From contig NC_087466.1 in assembly GCF_036321535.1 (NCBI RefSeq), positions 2,294,001 through 2,358,000 on the forward strand: a stretch of 64,000 nucleotides of DNA, read 5' to 3'. This DNA comes from Camelus dromedarius. Taxonomy: Eukaryota. Numbering within the stretch: position 1 is the first letter of the stretch; each line of letters opens with the position of its first letter. This document shows, in pieces, positions 1 to 22,730 of this stretch. Both the position numbers and the translations under genes were made by a program. The notes beneath the pieces are model-generated. The model searched no databases. It saw only the letters and a list, made by a program, of their open reading frames with translations, and was not told the DNA's origin.

Positions 1-1384
1 GTTTCCATGGAAACTGCTATGGCCTCAGAGAACCAGAGCAGCTTGGAGCTGCGGGGGCAGGACCTGGGGGGCCACCCTGCTGTGCAGCTTGGAGACCGCG
101 GACATGATTTCACAGCTCAGCTTATTAGAGACAGCTGCAATGCTCCTAGGAGGGCTGACCACCCCTCTCCCCAGAGGCTAACGCTGCTGCTGAGACTTGG
201 GCTCTGCAGAGGTGCCCCGCCACCCTGGCTGGGGAGGACGATGACACGAGAGGAGCGGGGAAGAGGCAGCGTAGTGTGCTGAGGTGGGAGAGACTCTTTG
301 GCCTCTTAGATGCTGTCACCCCCCCTAGACTGGCAGCCTGGAGGGTCAGACTGTGGGTCCCCTCTCCTACCTGCTTCCTGAGCAGGGGTGCCTTCTAGGC
401 ACTGCCAGGTGCAATGAAGCTGGGGCCCCAGAGCCAGGAGCATGTGAAGGCGTGAGAGCCCAGGAGTGCTCCAGCTGCCCCCTCCCAGGTGTCACCCACC
501 TTACCATTCCAGGTTTGCTTGGAGCTTGGGCCAGGGGATGAAGGAGCCAAGGGGCAGGTGGTGCAGGCCGCCAGCAGGAGCCGGGCCTGAGCTGCAGCCT
601 GAGGAGAGGGAGAGAGGAGGGTGTGGTCAACAGGTGTGTTGGGGTGCCAGGCTGGGAGGTGGGGAGGAAGCCCAGGCCAGGGTCAAGAGAGGTGTGGAGT
701 GCTGGGCCCCACGGGCTCGTTCTTGAGCACTCAGGCCTTGGGTCCTGGATGGAGAGGCCCAGTGGGGGCAGAGGGCAGATGAGGGTGCAGAGGCTGAGAG
801 GCAGAGGCCACCAATGAGACCGAGATCCCCGAGGCTGCACGTCACAGCACCTGTCCACCCAGAGCTCTGGTCACCTGCTAATGGCAGGACCCGGGGTGGA
901 GAACGTATGGAGCGCTGTCAGAGAGCAATGGGGGATGTTGGTGGCCTAGGATGATGGTGGACATTTAGGAATGTTGGGGCCATTGGCCTTCAGGTCTCTA
1001 CAAAAGTGGGGTAGGGTTGCTCCACACCAAGGGCCAGAGCCGCATTCAGGGGCTTGGGTCTCTGGATCCCTGTCCCTGGCCTCCATGTGGCCTATGGGGG
1101 ATGTCAAGCTCACTCATTTCTTTTTAATTTTTTTTTTATCAAGCTCACTCATTTCTGCCCTTTCCTGGCAGAGAAGGGGGGCACAGAGGACCCTTAGAGC
1201 ACAGAGGAGTAATGCTTGTCTTGGGGTGGGGATAGAGTTAATAAGGAAAGATAGGTTCAACTGAGTGTTCTCTGTTAACATTTAGGGAAACCATGTGTTT
1301 TAAAAAGAGGTGCCCCAGAAAGTGGAAGGTGGAGTTCGGTGGGCAGAGCCCGAGGACAGTTGCACCAGAAGGAACTGGAACACC

Positions 1385-1505
1385 TCTTGAATGATTTTTA
1401 TTCTGATTACGTGCTAAAGTGATATATTGGGTGTTTGAGGTTAATTAAAATATTTAAGTTAGTTTTCTGTTTCCTTTGCTTGTTAACATGGCTCCTAGGA
1501 AGTCG
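1385..1505. mobile_element. Degraded DNA-transposon (MER3/MER33-like, hAT-Charlie) fragment in the MZT2 intron
   Basis: AT-rich island in GC-rich DNA resembling the MER3/33 consensus (ttgaa..gat..atattggg..ttaattaaaatat..ctgtttc..tggct.ctag). Recognised by eye only. Confidence 0.4.
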
Positions 1506-3877
1506 GAGGCCTCACAGCCCATCTCTACGTGCAGCACCACTGCAGGGCACTCAGGACAGGCTTCTCCCTACCTCCACATCGCTGGGCGTGTGCCTGGCGG
1601 GGTCGCAGGGCACATCCACGTGGGGATCACCTCCCCAGAAGTGAGAGCTGAGCTAAGGGTTAATGTGCACGTGTGCAATCCGCCTTGTGCGTCAGTCTTT
1701 GTTGTTGTCTTCTGTACATGTTCTGGAGACACTGATTAAGCCCCTGCTGTGTGCTTTCCAAAGCCTGGCCTGCCTACCTGCCCTGGCACCAGACCCTGCC
1801 AGTCAGCCTTCCAGACTGCAGTGCCCAGAGGGGGCTCATTCCTCACGACACGCCCCCCTGGCCCTCCCACACAACATGCCTCGTGTCCAAGTCACTGGGC
1901 AGCCTGCTGGCCTGTGACTGCACCACAGGGAGCACCCACCACAGGAGAAAGGCGCCCTGGTGGGAGAAAGGGTTTTATCATGCTCGTTCTGCCCAGCCCT
2001 ACAGCAGAGTGAGCAGGGGCCCTGAGGCCACTCCAAATGTAAATGGCAGAGTGGGCCCCCCGAGTCATGGAGGCTGGTGTTTGGGGATTCTGCTTCACTG
2101 GGGTCGTAGAACATAGTGCCCATGGCTGGTTTCAGGGGAAGGAGGGTAAACCGGACTGTCTTTAATGTTCAGTGACCCTTGTCTGTCTTTGATCCTTAAG
2201 AGGGCCCCTCAGGAGTCAGGCCTGGGAGCATGCCACCCCCACCCCCACCCCGGCCTGCAGTCACCTTTGGCCCAGCCTCACTCTCCAGTCCAGTCCACCT
2301 GACCCCAGTAACCCCACACAGGTGACATGGGGAGCCTGAGTGGGTCTCCCCAGCAGCCCCAGAAGCACACAATTCCTGAAGGGTTCCAGGAATCAGCTGG
2401 ACAAATGGTCTACTCCCATGGTTAGGTGGTTTTCTTAGCACCTTCTATGACTCAGAGGCCATTGGTTTCTTACTTCCAGGGTTTATTGCCCTTGTCAGAT
2501 TTAAAGATGAGCATTATTCTCATCTTTGAGTGACCAGAGGTGTCCTGGTCGTTACAGCGAGGGGAGGGGAGCTGACAGGTGTGCGGGCCAAGGCACAGCT
2601 GGCTGCAGAGTGAGGCCAGGGCTGGGACCCGCCCTGTCAGTACGTGGGGTCTTGGCCTGAGCTGTGCTTTGGGGCGCCCGGGCACCCAGGTTGGGTGCTG
2701 GGCTACCACAGACCTGATTGTCCCAGCCCGCCTGGGGAGGGCACTCCTGTGTTGGGATTCACTGTGGGGCAGTGGGGCCGGGGCACTCACAGGACCAGGC
2801 AGTGGGGACCAGAACACTGGCAGTTGTACCAGGGGTCATGTGGGGTGGCAGTCCACTCTGTTTTGGGAGTCACTGATGGGCAGAGCTGGCCTGGCTTCTC
2901 CCCACCTGCTCCTGTCTGTGTCCCCTTGGCTCTGGGTAACCCATTACCACATCGTTAACTGCATCTGCATAGAACCCAGTACACACAGGCTCTCCAGGGG
3001 AAGCCCAGGGAGGCAAGGCAGGGCTCCCCAGTCCACCACAGCACAGACCCCCTGCTTGCCGAGGAAGAACCTGCAGTCTCCTAAGGGCCATCCTGGCCCT
3101 GCAGGAGTCGGGGGGGGGGTGGATTCTGTGAGGAACCTGTGTCTCGGGTGCAGAGCTCTCCCTTGGCCCACAAGGTGATGGACAGTGAAGCAAATGACTT
3201 AACAGGCCCCTAGGAAGCCCCATCACATCTTCTCTCCAAGAACTCGTGGTTCCCTGTTGCAGCTCTTGACTAAGAACTGGGGGGTGGGGGGTCCGGCAGG
3301 GGGCACACAGCCTGGTCAGCCGTGGGAACAAAGGGGGACAGCCCAGGCTGAGGTAGGCCCGGCGTGGATGGACCATGACCCAGGCACATTTGTCCCCTGG
3401 GGTTCCTGTCCGTCTCACTGCGATGCGTCAACACCCTGAGCCCAGGAAGCCACTGCTTTACAGTGAGCTCCCACCCTGGTGTGGCTGTGGATCTGGCTGC
3501 CTTCACAACGGAGGGAGACCAGAGGTGGCAAATTGGCAGCGGAGGCTGTGTTCTGTACCTGAGGTGACACGCCCTGGACAAGAGGCCCTCTTGCTGAGCA
3601 TCTGCAGAAAACTGAGGGAAGAGGGAGGAAAATAGGAGCTTCCAAGCTCCAAATCCAGGAGCCTTCCTGATGTGCTGTGTGTCATTAGTGTGACAGATCA
3701 GATGGGGACAGGATGGCCGGGAGGAGGAGGTGCCGGGGGCAGCCTTGGCGGGGTCGGCACGCTGAGCTTCCCCACGCTGCTCCCGGCCCAGGCCGCCTGG
3801 AGCCTCCAACACGGACACTGGAGGCTGCAAGTGTGTCCTCTGCCCCAGTAGCTGATGACGGTGCTCTGTCTGCTCAG

Positions 3878-4035
3878 GGAGGAGCAAGGGCAGCGGAGCG
3901 CTCGGCGGAGGCCCCACGCGGGCAGAACGCAGTGGCCGGGAAGGATCCAGCCAGAGGATGCCCCGCCAGCCCAGCGCCACCAGGTTGCCCAAGGCAGGCG
4001 GGCCAGGGAAGAGCCCGACGCGGAGCAGCACCTGA
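3878..4035 (+). CDS. MZT2B: Mitotic spindle organizing protein 2 (MOZART2), last coding exon; earlier exons lie upstream of the window
   Basis: Acceptor ctgtctgctcag|GG at 3877/3878. Reads (G)RSKGSGALGGGPTRAERSGREGSSQRMPRQPSATRLPKAGGPGKSPTRSST*, matching the MZT2A/B C-terminus (EGSSQRMPRQPSATRLPKGGGPGKSPT). TGA at 4033-4035. A versus B paralog assignment is not possible. Confidence 0.9.
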
Positions 4036-4115
4036 GCTCAGGGGGATGTCTCACGCCCCCACCGCGGGCCTGCTGGCCTCTTGCATGGACTTACCTGTTG
4101 TTTCCTCCAGTCGGT

Positions 4116-4121
4116 AATAAA
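4116..4121 (+). terminator. AATAAA poly(A) signal of MZT2
   Basis: Canonical hexamer 80 nt after the MZT2 stop. Confidence 0.75.
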
Positions 4122-4870
4122 CTGAAAAACTGAGGGGCTGTTTGAGATGTTTTCTGTCACCTTCTGAATATATTAAGGCACAAAGATTTAGACTTAGTTC
4201 TGTATGCTGGTCCAAGTCACGCTTCAAACCAACCAAGTGACTTTGACCAATGACCCCAACTTCCTGGACCGCATTCTGGGGCCAGAGAGAAAACGTCTGT
4301 ATTACCAAGTCCTTCACGGAGTCAGAACGTCTTGCTTCAAGGAAAGGTTGGGTGTTTGCAAAGGCCGCCCCCAGGGTGCTCAGGTGCTGCAGGGCTGGGC
4401 ACCCAGAGGGGCCCCACCTAGAGCTTCAGCCCATCATACAGCCAGCATGCCATGCAGAGTCCAGTAAAACCCTTTCCCCAAAATGGCCTGACCCTGCAAA
4501 TCTGACCCAGTTTACAAGTTATGTGGACCCCCTTCCATGGACCTCAAACTTTCAAACCCCAGCTCTAAGCTTTTATGCTTTAGTCCACATGTTCCATCAA
4601 TAGAGAAGCCTGCAAAATGGCAAATTCAATACAAAAACCTCACTTAGTTTTCCTACAATTTAGTAAATCTTTATGCTTTTAAACTTTGGATTAGAAATAT
4701 TGACTCTTTGCCCCCAGGTCACGTCACGGAAGCAGCGGCTCCTCACAGACAGGTGGGCCACCCACTCCAGCAGCACAGCTGGACAGATGTCCACGCGGCT
4801 GTGGTCCTCCCGCTCCTGCGGGCGGGCGAGAGTCCCAGCTGAGCACAACAGACAGGTTTAATTCAGAAAC

Positions 4871-4876
4871 TTTAAT
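4871..4876 (-). terminator. ATTAAA poly(A) signal of TUBA3 copy A
   Basis: tttaat on the + strand, ~63 nt beyond the stop; same position as in copy B. Confidence 0.7.
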
Positions 4877-4938
4877 AGGTAAATACATTCTGTAACGTTA
4901 TAGTCGCGGGGTACGGGGCCGCCAGCCATGCCTCACGG

Positions 4939-15554
<10,616 letters not shown>

Positions 15555-15559
15555 GGTGG

Positions 15560-16020
15560 TCACCGCCGAGCCGCTCGCCGTGCTCCCAACTCCTCTTTGT
15601 CCGACACCACGCGCGCAACTGCCGGCCCGCCGCACTGCACGCCGTGTCCTGATTGGTTCGCAGGCTGAGCAACTGCCATTGGCCCCGACAGCCTCGAGGG
15701 CAGGCCCCAGGCCAGGACCCTAATGGCAATTGGCCTGTTCCTTGACCAGCGAATTCTCTTTTGATTGGTCGTCACTTTGGGCGGGAAGTGGCGACGGGAA
15801 GGTCTCGTATTGCGGTGGCAGGAAGCCGCGGGCTGGCGCCTGCTGAGTGACCACAAAGGGAGGCCAGGTAATTTATCTGTAAAATGCGGTCCCTTTGCGT
15901 TGCTGCACGGGGTGTAGGAAGTGACAGGGCTCATCACCGACAGGGCTTTGCAGACTTGGCTGGAGCAGACACGTGCAAGGGCTCCTCAGTTAGCAACCTG
16001 CGCTGACGTCATTACCCCGC
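15560..16020 (-). promoter_or_regulatory. CpG-island promoter of TUBA3 copy A (E2F, 4x CCAAT, MYB-type, CRE)
   Basis: TTCCCGCC on the minus strand at 15780-15787; CCAAT at 15652, 15678, 15729 and 15764; CAACTG at 15616 and 15670; TGACGTCA at 16004-16011; CpG-dense ~15400-16310. Confidence 0.7.
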
Positions 16021-17659
16021 CTCCTGCCAGAGCACGAGGTACCGGCCACGAGGTAGGTTCCGGGAAGGAGGCGCTGCGAAGCTGGGGAAAGTTCCGCCTT
16101 CCAGGGGGCGGGGCTTCTGCATGGGTCCGAAAATATCGCGAGTTTTCCAAGCAGCAAAGCTGGGTGGGTGGGCTGGATGGGGCAGGGCAGGCGGGGGACA
16201 GCGAGGTTGCAGCGCGGAGGGCAGTTGACCGCGGCCGGACCAGGGGCTTGGCTTTCCCGGGTGGGTGGAGCCAACCGGCAGCAAGGCGGGCTGACTCGGC
16301 CGTTTAGGGGGAGGATGGGGCAGGAGATTCCACAGGTGGTCACTGCAGGAGGCCAGAGAATTACCAACCTGCTCACACACCTTGGCGAAAGGACACAGAA
16401 TTTCCAAGGTTCCTGGAGGGGTGACTGATAACCTCAATTCACCACCCTCCCAGGATGCCCCCCATTCCTGCTGCTGATACGTGGGAGAGTCGTGTTTACC
16501 CGACCCAAGAAACGAGCCTTTTCTTGGCAGTTCTAAGCACAACCCAAATACACTGGAATTTTCATGGAGAAGGCAGGACCAAAGAGGAGTTAATTAAAGA
16601 AAATACAAATAAATATAAATTATGAATTACTATAAAGTAAAATTAAAAACATAGATGCAAAATCCAGATTTCCTACCCTGCCTACCACTGCTAGGTCTTG
16701 GAGGCATGGGATGGTGTTCACAGCAGCAGTTCAGATGGTCTGGGCTCGAGCAACACCCCCTACCACCGCCATGGATTCCATGGGGCTAACTCTTCAGCTC
16801 CCCACTCCTCCCTTGCTCGGGCAGATTTCAGAGAATGTGGTCAGGAAGTTAGAAGGGTCGAGCAGCTAACTAGGGTTTCCAGGGAGTGATTTTGGAAAAC
16901 CAGAAGCCCTCCTCTTCCAGGGAGGCCCACCACGATGGGTGCAAGGAACTAGGGCCAGCCTTGGCCAGAGAAGGTGATGGGAAATGGGAGAGAGGGAACC
17001 TCTGGTAAGGGCTAGAGCAGGTGGGGACAGATGTGACTGCCATGGCCAGGGCTGGGGGACAAGAGAAGGAAGAGCTGGGAAACTGGTCCACGGTGACAAG
17101 TGATGGGGAATTTGGGAGAGGTAATATGGGGCAAGATGCTGGTGGACTTTGAAGGGTGGAGTCTGAGCTAAATTTGGCCCTGGGGAGAAGAGCAGATTGG
17201 GGAGGGGAGTGTCCAGCAAGGGGACAAGAGAGGACAGAAGCTGCAGGAGACAGGCAAAAGTGGAGGGAAAGATCACAATGACTTGGGAGAAATGTAAGAT
17301 TTCTTTTGCCTTCCTTCCCCCCACCACAAAGCTCCCAGAAACTGGGGAAGGCCTGGACTAACTGAAATAAATAAGCTGATCTGAGCAATGTCGTTTGGAT
17401 GCTAACAGAAATGAAAGTTCTGGGAGGCAGAAGGATGTAGGGTCAACTGGATCACATGTGGCATGTCATCTGAGTGACTGAGAGGAGTCAGAGGAGTAAT
17501 GCCTTAACTTGAGTCCAGCAATGCAAAAGGGGCCAGTCTGGGGAGAAACAGTGGTCTCTCAACTTCTTAACCTTCCTCTATTTACCAGGCTTCACCTGTC
17601 TCTGGCCACTCAACTCTTCCTGTCTCTGGGGTTCTTTCTTGCAAACACTTTGGTGCTTT

Positions 17660-20600
17660 ATCTTTTATTTTTATAACAATTTTATTCATATAACATAATA
17701 TTCACCAGCTTAAAATGTACACTTCCATGGTTTTTGGTGTATCCACAGAATTGTGCGACCATCACCACTGTTTAACTTCAGAACATTTTGATCACCCCAG
17801 GAAGAATCCCTGCACCCATTAGCAGTCACCTCCCATTGCCCTCCCCTCTCCCCAATCCCCTGGAAACCATTAATCTGCTCTTTGTCTCTATAGATGTGCC
17901 TGAAATCATACAATATGTAATCTTCTGTAACTGGCTTCTTTCACCTAGCATAATATTTTCAAGATTTATCTATGTTTCTCACCACTTTATTTATTCTCGT
18001 AGATAAATAATAGTCCATTGTATGGGTATTTCATATTTAACCCATCTTCAGTTGGTGAATATTTGGATTGTTTCTGCTTTTTGGCCATTATGAGTAACGC
18101 TGCTGTGATAATTCATGTACAAGTTTTTGTCTTGATAGATGTTTTCATTTCTTAGGTATATACTTAGGAACAGAATGGCTGGATCATACAGTAACTTCCT
18201 GTTTCACATTTTAAGGAACTGCCAAATGGTTTTCCAAAGCAGCCGCACCCACCAGCAGTGTAAGGGAGTTCCAATGACTCCACATTATCTTTAACACGTG
18301 TTGTTACCAGACTTTTTGCCTATAGCTGTCCTAGAGGTGCATTGCACTGTGCTTTTGATTTGCATTTCCCTAATGACTAGTGATGTTAAGAATCCTTCCG
18401 TGTGGTTACTGGACATTTGTATATCCTCTTTGAAGAACTGTCTGTTAAGATCCTTTGTGCATTTTTGTTGTTGAGTTGTGAGAGCTCTTTATATATTCTG
18501 GATACAATCCCCTTAGCAAATACATGATTTGCAAAATTTTCCACTCTGGATTATCTTTCACTTTTTTGGTGGTATCCTTTGAAGCATAAAAGTTTTTAAT
18601 TTCAATGAACTCACATTCATCTATATATTTCTTAGTTTGCTTGAACATTTTGGTAGCATATTTATGAAACTGTTACCCAAAAACTGGGTTCGCCTCTTGG
18701 TGGGTATCTAACCAAAAGACACAATGAAGTCAAAGAGCAGGAGAAGAAAGGATTTATTACTCACAGCAAATAAGGAGAACACTAGGGATATTTCCCAAAA
18801 CACCAGGGATATCTCCCCGAACAGCAAAATTGGGGAAGATTTAAGCTAAGGATGTATGCATATTTATGGAGGAGCTTGGGTGGTGTATGCATATCCATGA
18901 AGGAGCTGGAGAGCAGAGGAGAATTCAGCATAGAATTGGGGCATAGTTTGACAGAGTCCAGACTCTAGTTGATTGAAGTCACAGAAGTCAGCAAAGGTCC
19001 ACATTAGCATTCTTTGGATTCCAGTCAGTCTGGTTATGTCGAGAAAGTTATGTCTGGTTCTCTTCCTTTGAGGACCCTATACACTATCTGCCTACAGAAC
19101 CATTGCCCATGCACAGTCATAAAGAGTTACTCCTATGTTTTCTTGTAAGAGTTTACTTAAACTACTCGATAATGTTGCTATATCAGCACCCACTTTGTGT
19201 GGCCAAGTGGCCTGCAGGGATCTTCAGCTGATAATTCACTCCTCCTAAGAGTGCATGCCCTAGATGACAGCCTGCAGGTCACAGGTAATGTAAGTTGTTG
19301 ACATGAATCCCTCAACTGCCCTTATGATAAGCATTCTCCCTGACCTCCCAGGCCAGCCCCTTGAGTGATCCTTAGATAAGCTTACCAAAACCCCATTCTC
19401 ATTGTTCTGAATTGACCAATCCAGACTCAGCCAGGGAACTCCAAAGCACTCCACCTGCAGACCCTAAAAAAGGCATGTCTCCCAGGTCCTGTCATGTTCT
19501 CTGCCCACACAATGCCTTAACCGCCTGGTGTGGCCCCTCAAGGTGTGCTGTGTACCTCCTCTGGGATCTGTGAATAACAAACTTCTCTACTTCAATTCCT
19601 TCATGGTCTCTTGTTGAAGAGCGGCTCACCATCCAATACCCTCAGGGCTCCACTTAACAAATGTTAATTCAACCGTGTCACAACAGCTTTCTATCGGTCC
19701 AGCTCTTACATTGAGGTCTTTGATTCATTTTGAGCTAATTTTTGTCTGTGGTATGATGTAAGGGTCCAACTTCATTCATTTATTTGCATGAGGATATTCA
19801 TCTGTTTCAACACGGTTTCTTGAAAAGACTATTCTTTCCCTCATTGAATTATTTTGGCACTCTTGTCAAAAATCGATTTGCTATCAGCACAATGAGAAGA
19901 CAAACCACAGACAGACTAGGAGGCATATCTGCAAAAGATACATCTGATAAAGGATTATTATCCAAAATATACAAAGAACCCTTAAAAGTCAACACTAAGA
20001 AAACCAAAAACTGATTAAAAATGGGCAAAAGATTTGAACAGACACCTCACCAAAGAGGATATACAGATGGCAAATGAGAATATCAAAAAATCCTCAACAT
20101 CATATGTCATCAGGGAAATGCAGATTAGAAAAATAGTTAGCTACCACTACATACGCCTTAGAATGNNNNNNNNNNNNNNNNNNNNNNNNNNNNNNNNNNN
20201 NNNNNNNNNNNNNNNNNNNNNNNNNNNNNNNNNNNNNNNNNNNNNNNNNNNNNNNNNNNNNNNNNNNNNNNNNNNNNNNNNNNNNNNNNNNNNNNNNNNN
20301 NNNNNNGATTCAGCAATCACACTCTGATATTTACGCAAATGANNNNNNNNNNNNNNNNNNNNNNNNNNNNNNNNNNNNNNNNNNNNNNNNNNNNNNNNNN
20401 NNNNNNNNNNNNNNNNNNNNNNNNNNNNNNNNNNNNNNNNNNNNNNNNNNNNNNNNNNNNNNNNNNNNNNNNNNNNNNNNNNNNNNNNNNNNNNNNNNNN
20501 NNNNNNNNNNNNNNNNNNNNNNNNNNNNNNNNNNNNNNNNNNNNNNNNNNNNNNNNNNNNNNNNNNNNNNNNNNNNNNNNNNNNNNNNNNNNNNNNNNNN

Positions 20601-21840
20601 NNNNNNNNNNNNNNNNNNNNNNNNNNNNNNNNNNNNNNNNNNNNNNNNNNNNNNNNNNNNNNNNTAGTGGAGGGAGAGGGATGAACAGGTGAAGCACAGA
20701 GGGTTTTTACGGCAGTGAAACAAGTCTGCATGATACTGTAATGGTGTCTATATGTCATTATACATTCATCGAAACCTATAGTGTGTACATCACCAAGAGA
20801 GAACCCTAATGTAAATGACTTTAGGTGATAATGATGTGTCAATATAGGTTCATTGACTATAGCAAATGTACTATTTGGGCAGATGTTGATATTGGAGGAG
20901 GGTGTGCTTGTGTAGGGGGTGGGGGTATATGGGAACTCCACCTTTTGTTTAATTTTCCTGTGAACTTAAAACTGCTCTAAAAAACAAAATCTATTTTTAA
21001 AAAATTAATTGGCAAAATATTGGCCATAAATTTAATTGGTCACAAATTTACATTGGGTACAAATTTTTAAAAATTAACTGGCCATGTTTTTGGACTCTCA
21101 GCTCTGTTTCACTGATCTGTAAGTTCTTATTTCAGTAATACACTGTCTTGATTGCTGTAGCTTTGTAGTCATTTAGACATCAGGATGTGTGAGTCCTCCA
21201 GCTTTGTTCTTTTCCAAAATTGTTTTGGCTGTTCTGGGTCCCTAGCATTCCACTGACAATTTCTGCAAAACAGGCAGTTGGGATTTTGATAAGGACTGAA
21301 TGGAAACTGCAATTTAGGGAGTACTGCCACATTTACCATATTAAGAATTCCAGTCCATGAACATGGGATGTCTTTCCTGAATTTATTTCAATGATGTTTG
21401 GTAGTGTTCTGTGTACAAGTCTTGCATTTCTTTAGTGAAATGTATTCTAAGTATGTTTACAAATAAATTTATTCTTTTTGATTCTATGTAAGCAAAACTG
21501 TTTTCTTAATTNNNNNNNNNNNNNNNNNNNNNNNNNNNNNNNNNNNNNNNNNNNNNNNNNNNNNNNNNNNNNNNNNNNNNNNNNNNNNNNNNNNNNNNNN
21601 NNNNNNNNNNNNNNNNNNNNNNNNNNNNNNNNNNNNNNNNNNNNNNNNNNNNCTAGAATTCATTTTACTTCTTCCTGCCTAGATTCCTTTTATTTCATTT
21701 TCTCACTTACTTGCCATGGCTAGAACCTCCAGGAAAATGCTGAATGCAAGTGGTGAGAGTGGGCATCCTTACATTCCCGATCAGAGGGGAATGCCCATTG
21801 GTGTAGCAGCCAACAGGTTTTTTGTAGATGGTCTTTACTG
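17660..21840. mobile_element. Nested repeat cluster: antisense L1 interrupted by LTR-like elements (~18670-19680) and by a sense L1 3' segment (~19885-21000)
   Basis: Antisense ORF2/3'-end motifs (ggacatttgtatatcctctttgaagaa; ttggcactcttgtcaaaaatc), sense motifs (catctgataaaggattattatccaaaatata; gacacctcaccaaagaggatatacagatggc), and an AT-rich shift. Confidence 0.75.
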
Positions 21841-21854
21841 AGATGAGGACAGTT

Positions 21855-21935
21855 CCTTCTCCTCTTCCTCCTCCTCCTCCTCCTCCTTCCCCTTCTTCTT
21901 CTTCTTCTTCCTCTTCTCCTCCTCCTCCTCCTTCT
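21855..21935. repeat. (CCT)n/(CTT)n polypyrimidine tract forming the tail of the adjacent SINE
   Basis: Direct reading of the sequence. Confidence 0.85.
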
Positions 21936-22037
21936 TCTTTTTGACTTACTTATTTATTTGATGGAGGTACTGGGGATTGAACCCAGGACCTTGTGCATGC
22001 TAAGCGTGCACTCTACCACTTGAGCTATACCCTCCCC
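21935..22037 (-). mobile_element. tRNA-Ala-derived SINE (camelid vic-1 type)
   Basis: Minus strand GGGGAGGGTATAGCTCAAGTGGTAGAGTGCACGCTTAGCATGCACAAGGTCCTGGGTTCAATCCCCAGTACCTCCAT, with A/B boxes and an AAAT tail. Confidence 0.8.
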
Positions 22038-22642
22038 TCTTCTTTTGTTTTTTGATGCTTTCTCTTCCCTGCATCTTTGTGGTGCTGCTGTGTGGAACAG
22101 CCTTGCTTGGGTTGGGGGAAAGCCCAGCCTTACCCCTGGAAGCTTACAGTTCACATGTCCATCATGCTTGGCCTCAAATATCCTTTGGGTGTTGCTGCCT
22201 GTGATGAGAGCACTTCTCTGGGTAGATAAACAGTCAGTGCCCTGAAACCCTGCATACCAGCTCTCACGGGGTCATTGGTGAGGCCTGAGAAGGACATTCT
22301 GTTACAAAACTGCCCAAGACTCTTGCTTTGAAATGCATTTTTCTGGATTTCTGCGTAGGCATTTCAGAACAAGGAACATCTGCTTAGTTACGTTTAGGCC
22401 ACACAAGAGCAGGGGAAGATGTCTTCCCTGCAGGAAGTGAGAGCCCATCTGAGCATCTCCTCAAGACAACAGGTACAACTCAAATCCGGCTTCAAAACCT
22501 GACATAAGAATAGAACTTTAAAAGTTAACCATGTCTTCAGTTATTGTGTGCCAGGGTAAAGCAAGAATCACAGTAGAAGATTAGAGATAAAAGTTAGGGA
22601 GTTCTAGGTCCCAAATAATTACCAACTATTAAAATTCCAGCA

Positions 22643-22730
22643 GGGAGGGAATAGCTCAGCGTAGAGCGCATGCTTAGCACACACGAGGTCCTGGGTTCAA
22701 TCCCCAGTCCCTCCATTTAAATAAATAGTT
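22643..22730 (+). mobile_element. tRNA-Ala-derived SINE (vic-1 type)
   Basis: gggagggaatagctcagcgtagagcgcatgcttagcac..gaggtcctgggttcaatccccagtccctccat, then (t)aaataaata tail; possible TSD aaattcca. Confidence 0.8.

Noticed and set aside
21960-22037. tRNA-Ala(AGC)-like sequences as genuine tRNA genes (also 22643, 42880, 48530)
   Set aside because: Stems are disrupted, the 5' ends are GGGGAGGG-extended, A-rich tails are present and there are several diverged copies, so these are SINEs.
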